Positions 51,222 to 64,000 of a DNA stretch of 64,000 nt are shown here, one piece after another. The stretch's first letter is position 1. Every line of letters begins with the position of its first letter. Below the pieces are notes generated by a model. It saw nothing but the letters and a program-made list of their open reading frames with translations. It was not told the origin of the DNA and did not search any database. The stretch lies in NCBI GenBank assembly GCA_964035545.1, contig OZ037767.1:30086628-30150627 (forward strand), given 5' to 3'. The translations under genes and the position numbers were made by a program. The DNA comes from Bugula neritina. Its lineage: Eukaryota > Animalia > Bryozoa.

Positions 51222-52116
51222 CGCTGATCACAAAAATCCTATAAAAATATAATACAAATAATATAATAATAATAATATAATATAATACAAATCAACAAGT
51301 GGATGTCTGGGACACTTTGATAGAACTACAGTATGTAAACAGAGAGTAGAATCTGGCTATTCATAGATGCATACTAGGGTTAGTTATCTATCTTGGCAAA
51401 AATAATGTGAAAAAGGGAAAACTATACACACAGTTGCCTAAAAATAGCATAGTATTGCCAATCTGTGCAGTGTGACACGTGTAGTACTATGTGTGTAGTG
51501 CAAGTGATTGATCAACATGACATTCGCTGCGTTTCCCAAGTTTCACATCATGCTAATGGATGCTCGTAGGATGAATTTATAGTTGTGGTTTCAATCGATC
51601 CAGCTGTTTCCAAACATTGAACAAAAAATCCATTTGCATAATCTGAAACTTAAAAAACGCTAGTTGGGACACAAAGCCTTTATTATAGTTCTATAAAATT
51701 AATTTCTCTGAAAGGCTCAATTTTTTAAAAGTTGAAGATGTTTAACTACTACTATACATTACACATCTGCATTTCACTCATTCTACTGTATATTTTTTAA
51801 AGAAATATATCTGCATTTTTCTAAACTAGCAAACTGTTTCGATTCATCCGATTGCCTAGCACAGAAATGCTGTTAATGACTAATGAGAGTAAATCTTTAT
51901 AAATATATCATTTAAATTAATGAAACTTAGCTTACAGTTGCTGTCTTATAATTGAGACAGTCAGTACAACTAAAACAATAGTAATTAATAAATGCCAGTC
52001 ATTACTACAGTAACCTGCTTGAGCTTCAACTCGAACTAGTACTAGGTCTAGTCGTATTACTATTAGTAGTAGTACTACTACTACTAGTACTAGTTGTACT
52101 AGTGAGATTAATAATT

Positions 52117-52340
52117 ATAACTCACTCACTCACGCAAGTTTATAGTCGCTATCCCTGTGAGAAACCCCTGATGGAAATGGTTTTTGTTAGAACGGGCTAA
52201 GGACTTTGTTCAGATGAGGCACAGGAGCAATTATGACTGGATGCTCTTCCTAACATCACCAATGGCCTTTGTTGTGGTTTGAACCCATGACTTCGTGTTC
52301 ACAAAGCAAACACTCTAACCCCTAGATCAGGGCTGCTTCC
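52117..52340 (-). mobile_element. Full-length tRNA-derived SINE (V-SINE-like core) with 14-bp TSD
   Basis: Minus strand: tRNA-like head (A-box-like TGATCTAGGGG, B box GGTTCAAACC), core GGTGATGTTAGGAAGAGCATCCAG, (GTGA)n tail. TSD TGAGATTAATAATT at 52103-52116 and 52341-52354. Confidence 0.88.
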
Positions 52341-52379
52341 TGAGATTAATAATTTAATAACTACAAGTATAACATCATC

Positions 52380-53240
52380 AATATCATTATGACTAACAGT
52401 AACTACAAGTACAACTACAAGTATTAACTATTAGCATAACTGATAACTAATAGTAATAAACTATAAGCTAACTATAAGTATAACAAATATTATAAGTATA
52501 ACTTAAACTATAGTATAAGTTATATTAATATTATTATTAATATTATTATTATTTTAAGAGTATAACTAATAAACTATAAGTATAACTATAAGTATAAGTA
52601 AAACTATAATTATAATCTACGCATAATCATTAAGATTATTATTAATCCTAATTATAATTATTGTTTAATAAGTTTAACTTTATTTAATAAGTATAGTATT
52701 ACTTTACAGTTTACTATTACTATTAAGTATTAGTATTACTACTAGTATGCTGTAACTCAGTAACTGTAAGACTAAGAGTAAGTGTTAGTGTATACTGTAT
52801 ACAGTTACACTATGACTATAGTGATACTGTTAGTCTATAACACTAACAGTATAACTATAAGTATATTAATAAAATAATATTATTACTATATTACTAGTAT
52901 TACTATAACTATTAGTATTAGTCTAAGTATTAGTATTTTATTAGTAATACTAATACTAATAGTAATAGTATTACTATTACTAATACTATTACTATTACAG
53001 TATTACTATTAGTATTAGTATTACTATTAGTATTACTATTAGTATTACTATTAGTATTACATAATGATAATATCATTACTATTAGACTTAGTATTACCTC
53101 TCTCTCTGATTACCTCTCTTACAATTTTTATTAAGCTAAATAACTAAAAATCTAACTTAACTACTATAAATACAAGTATAACTGTAACACTCACAGTAAC
53201 ATACACCTCACGATAACTAATTACCTTATAAGTTATAACT
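52380..53240. repeat. AT-rich low-complexity tract (TATTAG/TACTAT/TATAAG variants)
   Basis: Direct inspection; lies in the probable first intron of the caspase. Confidence 0.85.
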
Positions 53241-53249
53241 TATTACTGA

Positions 53250-53580
53250 ATTAGCCGCCACGGCTTGCCCTTTCACCAGGTAGCAGAAGTTTGATACAAT
53301 CAATAATTAGTGCTCAACTATGTAAACATGCTTGATTGGCCACTGAACACTGTAATGCGTCAATTTATTGGTCAGAACTTTAGTATAACCTAAAGTTCTA
53401 TAAATTGTTACAGCAAATGTATTAAAAAGCAGTAATTGCTACGCCCTCAAATTCTAATGTTGAGTTGATGAAAGTTGGGCTACAGCATTGCAAAGTTTTC
53501 CGGTTTCCCAACGATAAAGTCATACAACATTTTGTATCTCCAAGCTTTGGAACTGGTGCGTAAAACTAAAGCGATATGAT
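53250..53580. promoter_or_regulatory. Probable divergent promoter of the caspase (minus) and ARHGAP1-like (plus), with paired CCAAT boxes
   Basis: Head-to-head genes, both with acceptors upstream of their ATG exons. ATTGG at ~53335 and ~53367; local CpG enrichment. Confidence 0.5.
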
Positions 53581-54265
53581 TAATATTAATATTATTAATT
53601 AATTATAAGTATAACAATTAAATTTAATTTTATACTACTTAAAGCCTAAGCAAAGTTATATTAAGGATATAGTAAATACCGGTGTTTATATAGTCAGACA
53701 GTAACTGTTTGAGTACTACAGCAATATTTAAAGTTGTAGTAAATCAGAATGATTTTCATGACATTGACTGACAGTAAAAGTAAATCGCTAACTTCTGGTC
53801 TAAACCAAAACTGTAAACAATAACACTAAATAGTAAAAGCAAAACTGTAAAACTAAAAGTAAAAGCAAAAGATTGAGGAGCATGAACATGTGATTACTAT
53901 TACTATTAGTATTACTATTAGTATTACTATTAGTATTAGTATTAGTATTATTAATATTATGATTGTGATCATACTGATGACAGTGATGACTTATGAGTGA
54001 TCTATGGTACTCATACTGACACTGTAACACTAACTATAGCTGATGGTGATAGTTATTACTCATAGTGATAGTCAGCTGCACTATCATAAGTATGGCTATG
54101 AGTATACTATTTTTGCAATACTTTGTTAGCATTTTTCAACATGTTTGGTCAGATCTATTTTCTCCTTGTTGGTAAAATCATTTGATTGGTTACGATTTTC
54201 AAAGTTTATTTTAGAGCAAGACAGTTGTGAATAACTATGCTTAAGTTATCTTAGCGAATCTAAGC

Positions 54266-57200
54266 ATGGCAGGTCAAACAAAAATTCCACTTTCTCAGGG
54301 TATGTTGCCATTGTATAAGAGTTTATCCAATTATTTTATGTGCTGTTTGTGATGCTTCTAACTTATTATGTTTAGTATGTATTATTATATGAATGTTGTG
54401 CATAGAACTTGTTAACTGATTGTGTAATACAGAGAGAGTGAAAAACGGTATATACACAAAACATTAGCTGTATTTGAAAGCTTTACTTTCTTGTTTCTAC
54501 ACTAGTAATTTGTATGAATGATAGTTGTTAACTTAATAAGCATTTTTTGTGTATAAGTATACCAGATTATAATGATGTATGCACAGGTTATACTATTTGG
54601 TTGCTGTTCACTTGTAGATCTTGCTGAGATGAGCTTTGACCAGAGTAGTTATAGAAATCAGACATCGTTTGATGAGCCTCAACTTGAGTTTGATGAAGAG
54701 TCACTTAACATTGGAGATCGACTTGAAGGTACGAGTATGACTCTGTATGTATATGATCTGTATAGAGTGCTACTCTGTATGTATATGATCGGTGTAGAGT
54801 ACAACTCTGTACATATATGATCGGTGTAGAGTACAACACATTGAGTATTCCACTTACAGATGTTCACTTTGAAGAAGACAGTGATGAGCTGCTGGAGCCT
54901 GGTGAACTGGATTTAGATGATGACTTTGAGGCGGAGCTTGGCTCTGCTGCCACTGTAAGTCCCTCCCCTTTGGTCCATCATTTAGCTAATGAGATGTTAC
55001 AGCTGATTGTCTTAGGCCTTTAGCTTGCAGGCAGAAAGTTTGATAACAAAAATTGACATTTGAACTATGAGTCTATATTATTCAATAAGTGTTTACTTCT
55101 GTGCAGTTTTATATACAAAGTGTGGGAGCAAGGAAAGCTAGAGCTATTTTCTCTTCTACTGCTTCACAAAGAATCATACAGTTCTATGCTCACCTATCTC
55201 TGTGCTGTGCTGTAGCGGGAGGGGGTACAGTTCTATGCTCACCTATCTCTGTGCTGTGCTGTGCTGTGCTGTGCTGTGCTGTGCTGTAGCGGATACAGTT
55301 GTGTGTATGCTCACCTATGTCTGCTCTGTGCTGTAGTGGGAGGGGGTACAGTTGTGTGTGTTATATGCTGTTTATGCTGTAGGTGAATGCAGAAGAGATG
55401 ACAGAAAGTGAATACCACGACATTGCCAAGTACGGAGTCATAGAACTAGCAGGTATGACCTATTCAGCTACAGATTTTGCCCTCCCGTGGCTATATATCT
55501 CTGATGAGAACTCGTGTAGGATGAGTGCATGTCTTGACAGCAATGCTGATACACTGGGGTCACTGAGGTCACAGAGGCTGCCAGTATGAAGCTCAAGCTT
55601 TCAATGAGCGGACTTCGAGTTCCACTTTTGATTTGTTAAGGTTCCCCCCAAGCTAGTAATATCTCTATCCACCCCTTCTGGGGAGAATTCATCACTGGAT
55701 GCAGTTGCCGGAGTATTTTTGAACTTGATTTCCTGAAAACAGATCTTATTGCTGTGTGTCCACCTACTTGTTGCTCAGTGGTGAGGGGGGGTGTTCCACT
55801 ACCCTCAGTTGTTGCCGTGTGGTGTTGCTGCCAACCAGCTATGTGCAGGTAGTACTGAATGACCTGGTTACCTGCAGCAGTCTACTTTCACCACTACAGA
55901 TATTCACTAATATAGCATTCAGATTTTACTCCAACTTAAGTTACAGTCTCGTTTTTCTGCAGTGCAGTTTCCTGGGGCCAGAGTTGTGGTCCTCTAATCT
56001 CACTGTTTTCTTTTTGCAAGCCTTTTCACTAGTCTTTACTACAGTTTATTTACCAATATTTTGCCACATATCATGTATATCGCTTGCCTCTACCTTTGCT
56101 ATCCCTCCCAGTGCTTTCAAAATTCAAACCGTCCATGTTGTTAGATGTATGGGGAATAAAAGGATAGCCCCCTCCCCCCCTTCCACCATTAGAGACTAGT
56201 CACGATGAGTGAGAGTGTGAGGGAAGTAACCCACTAAGATATATTAAGTTTCTTACAAGTAGAACAATCTGCTCAGTTAGTTTCTTTAGTCGTATAGCCT
56301 GAGGCCATAGTTTTATGCTAATTGTCATTAAGTTTTTAATTGAATTTCATCATTGCTGTTGAACTGGTGCAAAGCTTCATTCCTGCGTCTATATATTGTA
56401 GGATTTGCTGCTCCATCTGGTAAAAAGTATGCTTCATTATAAGTTTCATTCATTTGCGCATGAAAACCGTTATAGGAAGCAACAAGCATGCATTATATTG
56501 AAATAATAAACATATAAGTTTCTCTAATGCTGCGTTAATTTCTAAGTAACAGAATCCATCATATTTATAAATTTGGTAAGCATAGTGCATCTCCAACCAG
56601 CTGAATAAGTAGTATATTACTATATTACTATATTACTATATTACAATATTACTATATTACTATATTACTATATCACTTGGTAGGCTGGGCTTTAATTATT
56701 AGTGGAAAGGAGTTTACTTGCCCGCCTTATACCTGTGTACTTGTCAGGGAGCACAAGCTATTTATACTATAGCTTTATCAAATATACGCATCTCAGTTTA
56801 TCACTCTATTCTCTTTGATAAGAGATATTTTTACAACATTTGAGTTAGCAATTCCTAGCTTATCTTTTGCTTCAAGAGATTGTAAAGATTAGTTTTATCA
56901 AAGACCTGGGCTTTTAGAGTTGTCTCCCATCACATGCAGTGAATTTGTCATAACCGCTGCCGACAGCGGTACCACAGCTAGTTACAACTTGCTGCCATCA
57001 ATACTTATAGTTATAGTCTCAGTGTATGTTCAGCAGGAGATGATTCTTGTGGTAGAAAGGTCGTGGTATTCTCGGCTTGTAAGCTGCCTCCTCATGGTAT
57101 TATTGATCACAAGAAGTTACTGGGGTGAGTGACCTTTAGATGACCTTCTTAACGCTGACACGACCTCTCTGTATTGTGTAAGCTGTAGCAGAGTGACCAT

Positions 57201-60200
57201 CCGCTGGGGGTTGGCTCTACTCGTTGAGTTTAAGTGACTGAACACTCTGTAATATATCAGTCTTTAGCAAACAGCCAAAGCAAAACTTACTATTGGTTGA
57301 TTTTAATTTATATCATTTGTCATGGAAAACCTTTTGCCTTTATTAAATCACTGGATAGTTATTTAACAAAGCGTTAGTGTAAAATAACTATACTGAGTAT
57401 GGAAGACTAGGACATTGAAAGAGCTGTAATTTAAGCTTGTATAATGCATTTTATGAAATGCTGAGTGGTAGTGAATACAGTGAATAAAGCTTTTACTTCC
57501 TTCTAATAATTAAGTTTAAGTTGTGTCTTGACCTTAAGCTAACCTCTTTATCACTGCTGCATTGTATTCCACTGACTGTATGCAACAATTCTCAACTGCA
57601 TATAATTATCCTCCCTTTGGCCATTTTATATACAAAGTTTTATCTTCAGTTTTGTTTTATTTAACAAGGAAGTTCTTTATAGAAAGCAGCTAGTAGCTTG
57701 AAAATGTTAATAAAATAAAAGTTAGTTTGCCATGCCTTTACTTTTACTTTTAACATATTATACTGTACATATGATATACTGTATATACGATATACTATAT
57801 ACATGATATATAGTATACATGATATACAGTATACATGATATACAGTATACATGATATACAGTATATATGATATACTGTATATACTGTACACACGATATAT
57901 TGTAGATATGATATACAGTATATACGATATACTGTATACATGATATACGATATATACTGTATACTGTAGGTATCTAAAGCACACACTAGACCAGTACGTA
58001 GAGAATGACTACACCCTCGTCTACTTCCACTATGGACTGAGTAAGAGAAACAAACCCTCCTACAACTGGCTGCTTCAGGCCTACAGGGAGTTTGACCGAA
58101 AGTGAGTCGTACTTTAGTTGTGAGTCTGTGTCTACCTGAGACACACCTCTGGCCACACCTCAGACACACCTCAGTTACCTTGGTAGCAGTCCTAGCAGCT
58201 GATAACTGGTGTATCGTGGTGTATTTGGTGCATGTGTACTATAACATACCTCAAAGTTATTCAATATAATATATAATTTATATACATTGTTATTTTTATG
58301 TGGACTTTTTCTCACAGTTTAGTAGAACATTATATTGTGGTGACGCAGAAATGAATTTTATCTCTCTGATCTTCACATTGTATTTCTGTGACTGACACTA
58401 CTGGTAAAGTCATCACTGAAAGATAAACAGCATGTTTTCCTGTTTTCACTAGTTGAACTCTTGGATACTTCTAACTGATGACTTGCTGTCAAACTGTTGG
58501 CGTATGTCCCAGTTTAGCCATGCTGAGGTTTCTGCTGACATCAGAAGTTGTCCTCTCTATGTTTCAGGTATAAAAAGAATATGAAGGCCCTGTACATCGT
58601 TCATCCAACTACTTTTATTAAAGTTTTGTGGAATATATTTAGACCATTCCTGAGGTAAGTGCTTTTCGCATTCTTCAACTCACCATTGTTTAGATACATG
58701 CATCTCATTACCTCAATCAAATATATTCTAATGTATAACACAATATATTTGTGGAATCATTCTATTAAACTATTTTTTGGGCTAAAATTTTATAAATACT
58801 CAATTATTTTTGTTTTATCTTTCAAGTTTGAAGGCTATTCGAGTTTATCATAAGATGCCCAAAGTTTGTTGACACTTTTACCAGCTTGTCTTATTTGGGC
58901 TGTTGATGTTCTAATATTTCCAACAGAATAAATCAATTTAGCTTTTTGAAATGCCAGTGTAGAGGTTTAGCATGTCATTTTGTGTGATACATTATGTATC
59001 CATGTGAAAGATTGTTTAGTACTGCTTAGTCTTTCTATTCATCTCTTCAACTTTCTTACCTCAGTGACAGCGTGCCACTCAGTCACTCACCTTCAAGATT
59101 CCCTTTCAGAACGTAAGAGCATGCAGTTAACTCCCCTATGCTCTTCACACAAACCTTTACCTAAAACCTCATTCCAGCTTTCACCCTCTGATTATAAAAA
59201 CTTATTGATTTTTTCCTCATAAAATAATTTCAACATCTGAGACTTGCCAGGAAAGAGTATTTAAATGACTTTTAAATGAAAAAAAAATCGGTCTGAAAAA
59301 TGAATTTGCTTAAATTTTGATTAGTAGTGTAACAATATGCTCCGGTTGCTAATAGCAACATTATATAATATAATATAATGTTGATAATAATCATATAATA
59401 TAGTGAATACAATTTTTGTACACTGAATTCTGAAAGGGTTTTTATTCACTTAGGAATATGTTATTTTAACAAATACCCAGTGCTGCTCCAACAGTATCCG
59501 TGGCCAACAAGTGTTTGATCATTTAAAATAGTTGTGTACCAAATGTACATAGTAGGGACAACTCCATGCCGTAAGCAACTGTAGATATATTCATCCATTA
59601 TTGCTGCAGTGGAAAATGTTATACTTGCTTTACATTCTATCTAATATACTGTGTGTTTTATAGGAATAGGTATGTACTGATTTATAGATCTCATTGTTGT
59701 AGAGCTTTATGTAGTGTATATTGTGTGTAGAACTCATTGCAGTATAGGTTTAGTGCGTATCTTGCGTGACTATTTGCATATCTTCACAGCTCACCCGTTT
59801 CTCACATCTTCTCAGTGTAGTATTTGTATCTAATAGTGCAGAGACTACACTGTATTGTAGTCAAGTCTATTACTGTGTGTTACTTTGTTGTATTTTGGAA
59901 ATTATAAGTTATATTTTATGTTTTATTCTGACAATTGGCTATTTTTTGTTGGATAGCTTAAGATTTGCTGATTCTAGCCAACAATTTATGATGTATTCCT
60001 CAGGAATATTTCTACAATGTAGGAAGATGGATTTATATAAACCCGTATATTATAACTGCACAACACAGTTCTATCCTTCCTAGTGCACACATTTATTTTA
60101 GGCAAATGCAGTAAATCTTAAGACTTCTTATGACAAAAAATACCAGCTGTGGCCTTCAATATTCATCTTGTGGTCTTCTTGGGTTTGAATGTTACTTTAA

Positions 60201-63136
60201 TTTCCATACTCAGTTAGTGAAGTGACTGATTTGCTGCCAGATTGTTTTATGCTGCCTGGTTCCACATCAACTCACGTGTAACTTAGTAGTATTATCTGTA
60301 TCACTTCTGTATCACCCGACAGTTTTATTGTGTATTGTTTTGACACTTGAGTATACTACTCTTTAGTGCTAAATTTGGAAAGAAGATTGAATACGTGAAT
60401 TACTTACATGAACTCGGGGCACATGTCAACTTACATCAACTCAACATTCCAGAAGCCGTGAAAGAGTAAGTACTAACTTACATACTGACAGTAACTTTGT
60501 GTGATATTTGCTCTGGATGTCATTGTGAAATAGTATATCTACATGTACTAGTTCCAATAGTGAGTTGAGTTGTTCCCCCATGAAAGTGACCATTGTTGGT
60601 GACAAGTTCGCATTTTAGTGTGATTGTTGGCACTCATCGCTGGCACTGCGCTGTACACAACGTCACTGTAATGTATCCATATTTCGTACACATCTTCAAC
60701 AAAGTGTGCAGATACCTGTATGCAATATTTCGTTTCAGCCATGACGTGTTTTTATTGGCCAAGCACCAGCCTGACATTCGGCCCACGTCCATCATCACGG
60801 CACCCCTCGACACCCAACAGTTTGGAGTATCTTTAGAGTTGTGAGTAGACAATTACCTTATACATGTGCTATTTTATTGAGAATGTACAGAGATGAGACA
60901 ACTACTAATCACTGGTATGCTCTCTCATATAATGTGATATATCACTCCAATCACGCAAATTAACACATTTTGATAACTGTACTGTACATATCATTAGAAG
61001 GCTACTGATTGAAATGCTCTCCACTTTAGGAAATATATTATGCACAGTGCTAAAGATGTCACAATATTCCCAGCTTGTTGGTTCACAGAATGCAATGTGT
61101 TTTAGTATAAAAAGTCAGAACAAGGGGCAGGTAATTCCCCGAGTAGTGAATGACTGTATAAACTACATTGAGAAGATCGGACTGGAGACGGAGGGGATAT
61201 TTAGACGCTCAGTGTCGGTAGCCACAGTCCGATTAGTCCAATCTGTCTTCAATGAAGGTATGCTCTTGAATTCCTTACAATATTCTATACGCTAATTAGA
61301 GTTGTGCTCCCTATTTATGTGTACCATACTCTGCTCTTCAATGACTTTATGCTGTATAAACTGCTATCTCCGGCCATGTCTGTGACAACAAGTTTTACAG
61401 TAAATCTTCACCACACATACTCACTCGTCTATGCTGTACTTTTGTTAGGAAAACATGTAAACTTTGAGCTCTACGGTGGCGTGCATGTAGCAGCTGTGAT
61501 ATTAAAGACATTCTTGAGGGAGATGCCAGAGCCGATCATGACATTTGAACTTTATGACTACACAGTACGGATACCCAGTGAGTATTTCTATCAGTAGTCA
61601 CTATGGGTACTTAGTACTCACTATCAGTACTCAGTACTCATAGTTAGTACACAGTACAGATACCCAGTGAGTATTTCTCTCAGTACTCATAATGAGTACT
61701 CAGTACTCATAGTTAGTACACAGTACGGTTACCCAGTGAGTATTTCTATCAGTAGTCACTATGAGTACTGAGTCTCTCCTAGAGTCTATAGAGCATTGCA
61801 GAAGAGTGCGTTTTATATCAGTATGTATCTTGTACTGTGTAGACGATGCATTGTCTCCAACTATACTATTCCACAGCATGTGTGACCTTCACACTGGCCG
61901 CACACGCCATGATCTATGGTTATACTGTAGCTACCATTATCTTGTAAGTCCTATGTTTGAAAGAATACCAGAATTATTTCAGACTATAGTAATCACCAAG
62001 ATGAATAGACTCACATGTTCTTGTTTATCGGCCACAGAGTATATGTAGGGGTAATACACTGTATAAAGAACTGTACTCATACATTACTGTCGTATCTTCA
62101 GATCTAGACGAAGAAGAACAAATCTCGGAGACCAGACGAATATTAGACGAAGAGCTGCCGCGAGACAACTACGCCGTGTTAAAGAAGATCATCTCTTTCT
62201 TGGTGCAGGTAATGGCTTCTGTACCGGATGCTCTTTTAGAGCAACTAGTTCTGTCTTTTACAAGTAGCCAGACAGGTGCTTGCGGTAGAGGTGTTGAGAC
62301 AGGTGCTTGCGGTAGAGGTGTTGAGACAGGTGCTTGTGGTAGAGGTGTTGAGACAGGTGCTTGTGGTAGAGGTGTTGAGACAGGTGCTTGTGGTAGAGGT
62401 GTTGAGACAGGTGCTTGTGGTAGAGGTGTTGAGACAGGTGCTTGTGGTAGAGGTGTTGAGACAGGTGCTTGTGGTAGAGGTGTTGAGACAGGTGCTTGTG
62501 GTAGAGGTGTTGAGACAGGTGCTTGTGGTAGAGGTGTTGAGACAGGTGCTTGTGGTAGAGGTGTTGAGACAGGTGCTTGTGGTAGAGGTGTTGAGACAGG
62601 TGCTTGTAGTAGAGGTGTTGAGACAGGTGCTTGTGGTAGAGGTGTTGAGACAGGTGCTTGTGGTAGAGGGCGGTGTTGAGACAGGTGCTTGTGGTAGAGG
62701 TGTTGAGACAGGTGCTTGTGGTAGAGGTGTTGAGACAGGTGCTTGTGGTAGAGGTGTTGAGACAGGTGCTTGTGGTAGGTAGAGGTGTTGAGACAGGTGC
62801 TTGTGGTAGAGGTGTTGAGACAGGTGCTTGTGGTAGAGGTGTTGAGACAGGTGCTTGTGATAGAGGGTGATGTTGAGACAGGGGCTTGTGGTAGAAGGGA
62901 GATATATTTTTAGTAGATTTTCTTCTAGTCGGTGTGATTTAGCAAATAATTTTGTACTTTGCTTGTAGGTGACCACCAAAAGTGATGTGAACAGAATGAC
63001 AGTTAAAAATTTAGCCATAGTGTTTGGACCCAACATTGCCTGGGGTCAGGGCCAATTATCACTCACTGCAGTGAGCCAAGTAAATTACTTTACAGAGTTG
63101 CTTCTTACTCACTACGACAAACTATTTGTAACATAA
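54266..63136 (+). CDS. ARHGAP1: Rho GTPase-activating protein 1/8-like (BCH/Sec14-like domain plus RhoGAP)
   Basis: Exons ~54266-54299, 54618-54728, 54860-54954, 55383-55452, 57037-57124, 57970-58101, 58568-58654, 60367-60465, 60740-60840, 61106-61257, 61449-61577, 62102-62208, 62969-63136 (TAA). Motifs [53 protein letters not shown], arginine finger [33 protein letters not shown]. Confidence 0.94.
54730..54838. repeat. ~31-bp tandem repeat (3.5 copies) filling a small ARHGAP intron from its donor
   Basis: GAGTACAACTCTGTATGTATATGATCGGTGTA-type units. Confidence 0.8.
55178..55382. repeat. ~49-bp repeats plus (GTGCT)n, each unit ending in acceptor-like TGCTGTAG
   Basis: CAGTTCTATGCTCACCTATCTCTGTGCTGTGCTGTAG units; the real acceptor is TATGCTGTAG|GTG at 55382. 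Confidence 0.8.
57760..57969. repeat. Degenerate ~16-bp repeat (ATACTGTATAC/ATACAGTATACATG) ending at an acceptor
   Basis: The last unit is the acceptor ATACTGTAG|G at 57969. Confidence 0.85.
61560..61770. repeat. Triplicated exon-end plus donor junction
   Basis: CACAGTAC(G/A)G(A/T)TACCCA|GTGAGTATTTCT at donors 61578, 61667 and 61736. Confidence 0.9.
62269..62897. repeat. 27-bp G-rich minisatellite (~23 copies) in last ARHGAP intron
   Basis: Unit GAGACAGGTGCTTGTGGTAGAGGTGTT. Confidence 0.97.
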
Positions 63137-64000
63137 TGATATTTTTGGACCAAATCTTTAAAAAATACCAAGGAACAGTGAAGACCAATATCCTGTCTTA
63201 TATAGATTTGATGTTAGTTTTTTCACGGACTGTTCTGAACAGAAAAGCATAGGTTTGGCTGTTGATATGGAGATTACTCAAGCGTAGCGATAATCATAGA
63301 AGCTGATTGGCTCCAGACTGATTACACTTTTCAGTTATTTAACAATGCATTGTGGGTGATTTAAATTAAAATTTTGCACAATAGGTAATATATTTATTTT
63401 GGCGAGTCATTTTCCTTGCTATAAGTATTTGCATGATTCAGTTCTGACATTTCTAACCAATAGTTTTTGTAGAACATGTTAGGCGTGAAAGTTTTGTGTG
63501 TAAAGATTGAACTAATTTTATTCTTATAGGTTTTTTCAAACTATATTTCAAAATACTATGTATATGTCTGATATCACCTTCGTCTAGAAATGGTCCAGCT
63601 CAACTTAACTACTCAATTTGTATTATCTCACAAAAATATAGCATTGCTAATTCTCGTATAATACTAGCTGTTTATTACTTAATATTTGAAAAATTAGTAA
63701 TCAATGTGTTATATAATATATTATAAGAATCATAATAGGCATAATTTGTACTACTGTTGGGGATATTTAGTAAAATAGCAAAAATTCAAAGACAGTATAA
63801 GTAAATCTAAGTGTATATAAAGTGTGCTTAGTCTCATTCAGTCTCGGTCAGTTTGATTATGAAAAGATGAAACAATACAAGTAACATACTTTGGCTCGTA
63901 AAGTGACTAGAGCCCCAGTAATAAATACTTCAGAGGCCATACAAGTGATGAGCTCTAAACACAAATATGTTGATTTTATCTCTATAAATAGATAAAAATC

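Noticed and set aside
52265-52340. tRNA gene (GTG anticodon-like)
   Set aside because: Poor stem pairing; it continues into a SINE body with tail and TSD.
62176-63036. Long ORFs ([18 protein letters not shown] and VLRQVLVVE repeats)
   Set aside because: Translations of the 27-bp intronic array; the flanking ARHGAP exons splice in frame without it.

Overview
AT-rich, intron-rich animal (invertebrate) genomic DNA with seven spliced genes, which I reconstructed by hand from GT-AG junctions. (1) A TRPA1-like ankyrin-repeat ion channel (minus, ~774-17645). (2) DHDDS cis-prenyltransferase (plus, 20092-22635). (3, 4) A tandem pair of secreted GH18 chitinases with a Thr/Pro linker and CBM14 (minus, 22969-30730 and 31595-36522); the left copy carries two frameshifts. 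(5) TOMM22 (minus, 40344-43358). (6) A caspase-8/10-like QACQG caspase with one DED-like prodomain (minus, 46965-51221). (7) ARHGAP1/8-like BCH+RhoGAP (plus, 54266-63136). Mobile DNA includes a tRNA-derived SINE with a 14-bp TSD plus fragments, a solo-LTR-like element and a decayed LINE endonuclease fragment. The most striking unexplained pattern is that many unrelated intronic tandem arrays start exactly at, or reiterate, the adjacent splice site, sometimes including the last or first exon bases. One 52-copy array can be traced to a single monomer still present in the sister chitinase paralog. No CRISPR, rRNA or prokaryotic features are present. All coordinates were read by eye and no database search was run.
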